Source: Pristiophorus japonicus
Lineage: Eukaryota
DNA: 64,000 nucleotides
Direction of reading: 5' to 3'
NCBI RefSeq assembly: GCF_044704955.1
Contig: NC_091980.1
Location: 166,966,001 to 167,030,000 of the forward strand
A program made the translations under genes and the position numbers. The notes under the pieces were generated by a model. The model did no database searches, was not told the DNA's origin, and worked only from the letters and a program-made list of their open reading frames with translations. Positions 61,486 to 64,000 of the stretch are shown here, piece by piece; the stretch's first letter is position 1, and every line of letters starts with the position of its first letter.

Positions 61486-61924
61486 CTCTGAGTCAGAACG
61501 TTGTGGGTTCAGGTCCCACTCCAGGGACTTGAGCACATAAATCCAGGCTGACACTCCAGTGCAGTGCTGATGGAGTGCTGCACTGTCAGAGGTGCTGCCT
61601 TTCGGATGAGACGTTAAACCGAGGCCCTGTCTGCTCTCTCTCTCTCTCGAGGCGTAACAGATCCCGTGGCACTATTTCGAAGAAGAGCAGGGGACTTATC
61701 CCCGGTGTCTTGGCCAATATTTATCCCGCAATCAACATAATGAAAACAGATTATCTGTTCATTATCACATTGATGTTTGTAGGGTTTTGCTGTGTTCTAA
61801 ATTGGCTGCCGCATTTCCTGCATTACAACAGTGACTACACTCCAAAAAGTACTTCATTGGCTGTAAACCGCTTTGAGACGTCTGGTGGTCGTGAAAGGTA
61901 CTATATAAATGCAAGTCTTTCTTT
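61486..61924 (+). mobile_element. SacSINE1-like SINE, near full length
   Basis: B-box-like GGTTCAGGTCCC, Deu core, tail. Confidence 0.88.
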
Positions 61925-62231
61925 AAGATGTTGCCAACCAACCTGTTCCCCCCCCCACCCCCTCCAAGTTGGACATATTTCTGAAGGTTTCTTCATGACC
62001 TCCCTCATCCAACTATCCCGTGCAGTCAAACCGCCTTTTTAACCCGCCTCCCCACCATCTGCAATATTTTTAAAACTAATAAACAAAAGTGTTCAAAGAA
62101 TATTTTTTACAAAAATCAATCTTCTTTTATCCTCTGGTTATTATCCAGGGGTTTCTCGCAGTAGTGTCCTGGAGACTACCGGCCAATGCTGGAACGTTGG
62201 AATCCGGGTTCTACAACAGGTTGGTGACCCG
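61925..62231. mobile_element. hAT-like MITE, same family as 44056-44429
   Basis: GTTGCCAAC...GTTGGACATATT...ATATTTTTA(T/A)AACTAAT...GTTGGTGACCC. Confidence 0.6.
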
Positions 62232-63029
62232 ACCCGCCCCGTTCCGTTTGCTTTCTGCCCGGTTGGCATTTGGCTCATCTCACACCCCCTCCCCCCTCTT
62301 GCTTGCAGCGCGCTGCGATTGTAGTACTTGGGGTTGTCAGGACGAAACCAGCGAGGAATCCGTCTGGACTGAAGGCAATGAGAGTGAGACACTTTCCGAA
62401 TGGTGCCTGTGTCTACCATAACCAATGCAGTTACTTAGTCAGCTTCTGATGTTTCTCGTCATTTCGGCAGTGCCTGTATAGTTTGGGGGGGTGCGGGGCA
62501 GATGTTTAAACCAAGCTGCACTGGCCCTTTTCTTTGAAGGCTTCAGACTCTTGTTAATTGCGAGAAATCGTTGCTGAATCGCACTGAAGGTCATGTCTTT
62601 TCTTTGGCTCGCGTTTCATTTTTAAACTCTGCTCAGCTGGTTTCCAGGTGCAGGGTGCTGGAGCTGTGATGCTGGAGTTAGACGGCAGCCGATCGCAAAG
62701 TGCTCCGACAAGCATTCCAGGCAGAGGCATGCTGACGTCATGGAAAGCGGCACTGCTCAGGTCCAACTGCCGCGGATTAATTACACAGCATCAGTTAGCC
62801 CTCACTGGAGCTTTTTGCCTTCACTACAGCCTTTCTGTGTTCTGGCACCTGTCAGCCTTGAGTTGTGTTTCTCAAGGGAAGATTTAACAGAGGGTAACCA
62901 GATCCTGGCATGTATGTATGGCGGGGGATTGAGGAAGGGGATTGAATCCAAGAAGGGTTGTTGTTCCTGAACACTGTTTTCTTCTTTCCTCCTCCTTGTC
63001 ACTGACTCCTTGCTGAGATATGATCCCAT

Positions 63030-63390
63030 GGGACCCATCAACCGCCCCCTCCCCCACCCGTCTCCCTCAAGCCGCCATTCTTCATTACTGAGCCTGGACG
63101 AGGAGCGCTCGTGTCCAATTTGACCACAGAGGCCATGACAGCTGAGTCTGATCCTGAGCTCACCAGACGTCTAGCCATGCTTGTTTGCAGCAGCCATTAG
63201 CGATCAGAAGCGTGAACCCTGGTTGTTTTTCATTTTCCTCCCTCCCTAGAACACCGAAGGTGAAGTCAGTTAGTAGCACACCTATCATCTTTGTGGCCAA
63301 CCCACCACGGACCAAGAATCAGGGACCTTCAGGATTGTTACCGTTCACTGTCACTTTGGACCATGGTATTATCCTTCGGGCTATTGGGCT
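63030..63390 (-). mobile_element. AmnSINE2-like SINE
   Basis: GCCATTCTTCAT...GAGCCTGGAC...TAGCGATCAGAAGCGTGAACCCTGG...ATCAGGGACCTTC. Confidence 0.55.
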
Positions 63391-63639
63391 AGCTGCAGAG
63401 GTCTCTAAATCGGAATTCGCGCTCATAGCTGAAATGAGCCCAGTGGGCTTATTCTCATTAAAGGCCCTTTGTTTATCACAGCGATGTTATTGAATCCACC
63501 TCGCCGGTGCCCCAGTTACCTCGAGACAGGCAGCACCGATCAGAGTTGGCCGCGAGTGTCCTGATTGACAGGAAGCAGGTAAACTCAGAGCCATACGTGC
63601 GACACCCTACAGGTTGAAGCCATGAGTTTCTGCCAGTAC

Positions 63640-63965
63640 AAGCATAGAAGATTAAGGGGTGTTTAAGATGATTAAAAGAATTGATCGGGTAGACAGAGAA
63701 AAACTATTACACTGGTTGGAGAATCCAGAACAAAGATAGTGGAAATCCGAATCTCTTCTCTCTCCACCCCCACCTATTCCCCTCGCCAATAAGCTGTTGA
63801 ATCTGGGGGTCAGTTGAAAATTTCAAAACGGAGATCGATCGATTTTTGTTAGGCTAGGCAAGGGTATTGAGGGTAGATGGAGTTGAGATACAGATCAGCC
63901 ATGTTATAATTGAATGACGGAACAGGCTCGAGATCCTGAACGGCCTACTCCGGTTCCTATGGTGC
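63640..63965 (+). mobile_element. CR1 LINE 3' end
   Basis: TAGAAGATTAAGGGG...GATACAGATCAGCCATG...GGCCTACTCC. Confidence 0.8.
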
Positions 63966-64000
63966 TTATTCAGCCAGTGCGATCTAATTTGTTCTACACA

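Overview
Vertebrate, repeat-rich non-coding DNA, very probably from a cartilaginous fish (shark). That assignment is inferred from the repeats: SacSINE1-like Deu-domain SINEs, AmnSINE2-like SINEs, and CR1, L2 and RTE LINEs. I found no intact host protein-coding gene, and nearly all long ORFs are LINE remnants or low-complexity artefacts. Highlights: (1) a degenerate first coding exon of tripeptidyl peptidase II (TPP2; ...[18 protein letters not shown], 31025-31167, minus strand). It keeps its splice donor, sits in a CpG-rich promoter-like island and is too short for the ORF track. (2) A PIF/Harbinger relic with an intron-containing Myb/SANT-like gene, plus a related MITE. (3) Penelope-type minimal hammerhead-ribozyme relics, one in a fold-back pair. 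(4) A short RTE-tailed retroelement with no tRNA head and conserved hairpins. (5) Two solo LTRs with perfect 5-bp TSDs, one carrying a CTCF-like motif. (6) Several locally templated duplications or inversions at insertion junctions. There is a 520-N gap at 9602-10121. Family names come from recalled consensus sequences, not database searches. Repeat boundaries are read by eye and are approximate unless TIRs or TSDs are quoted.
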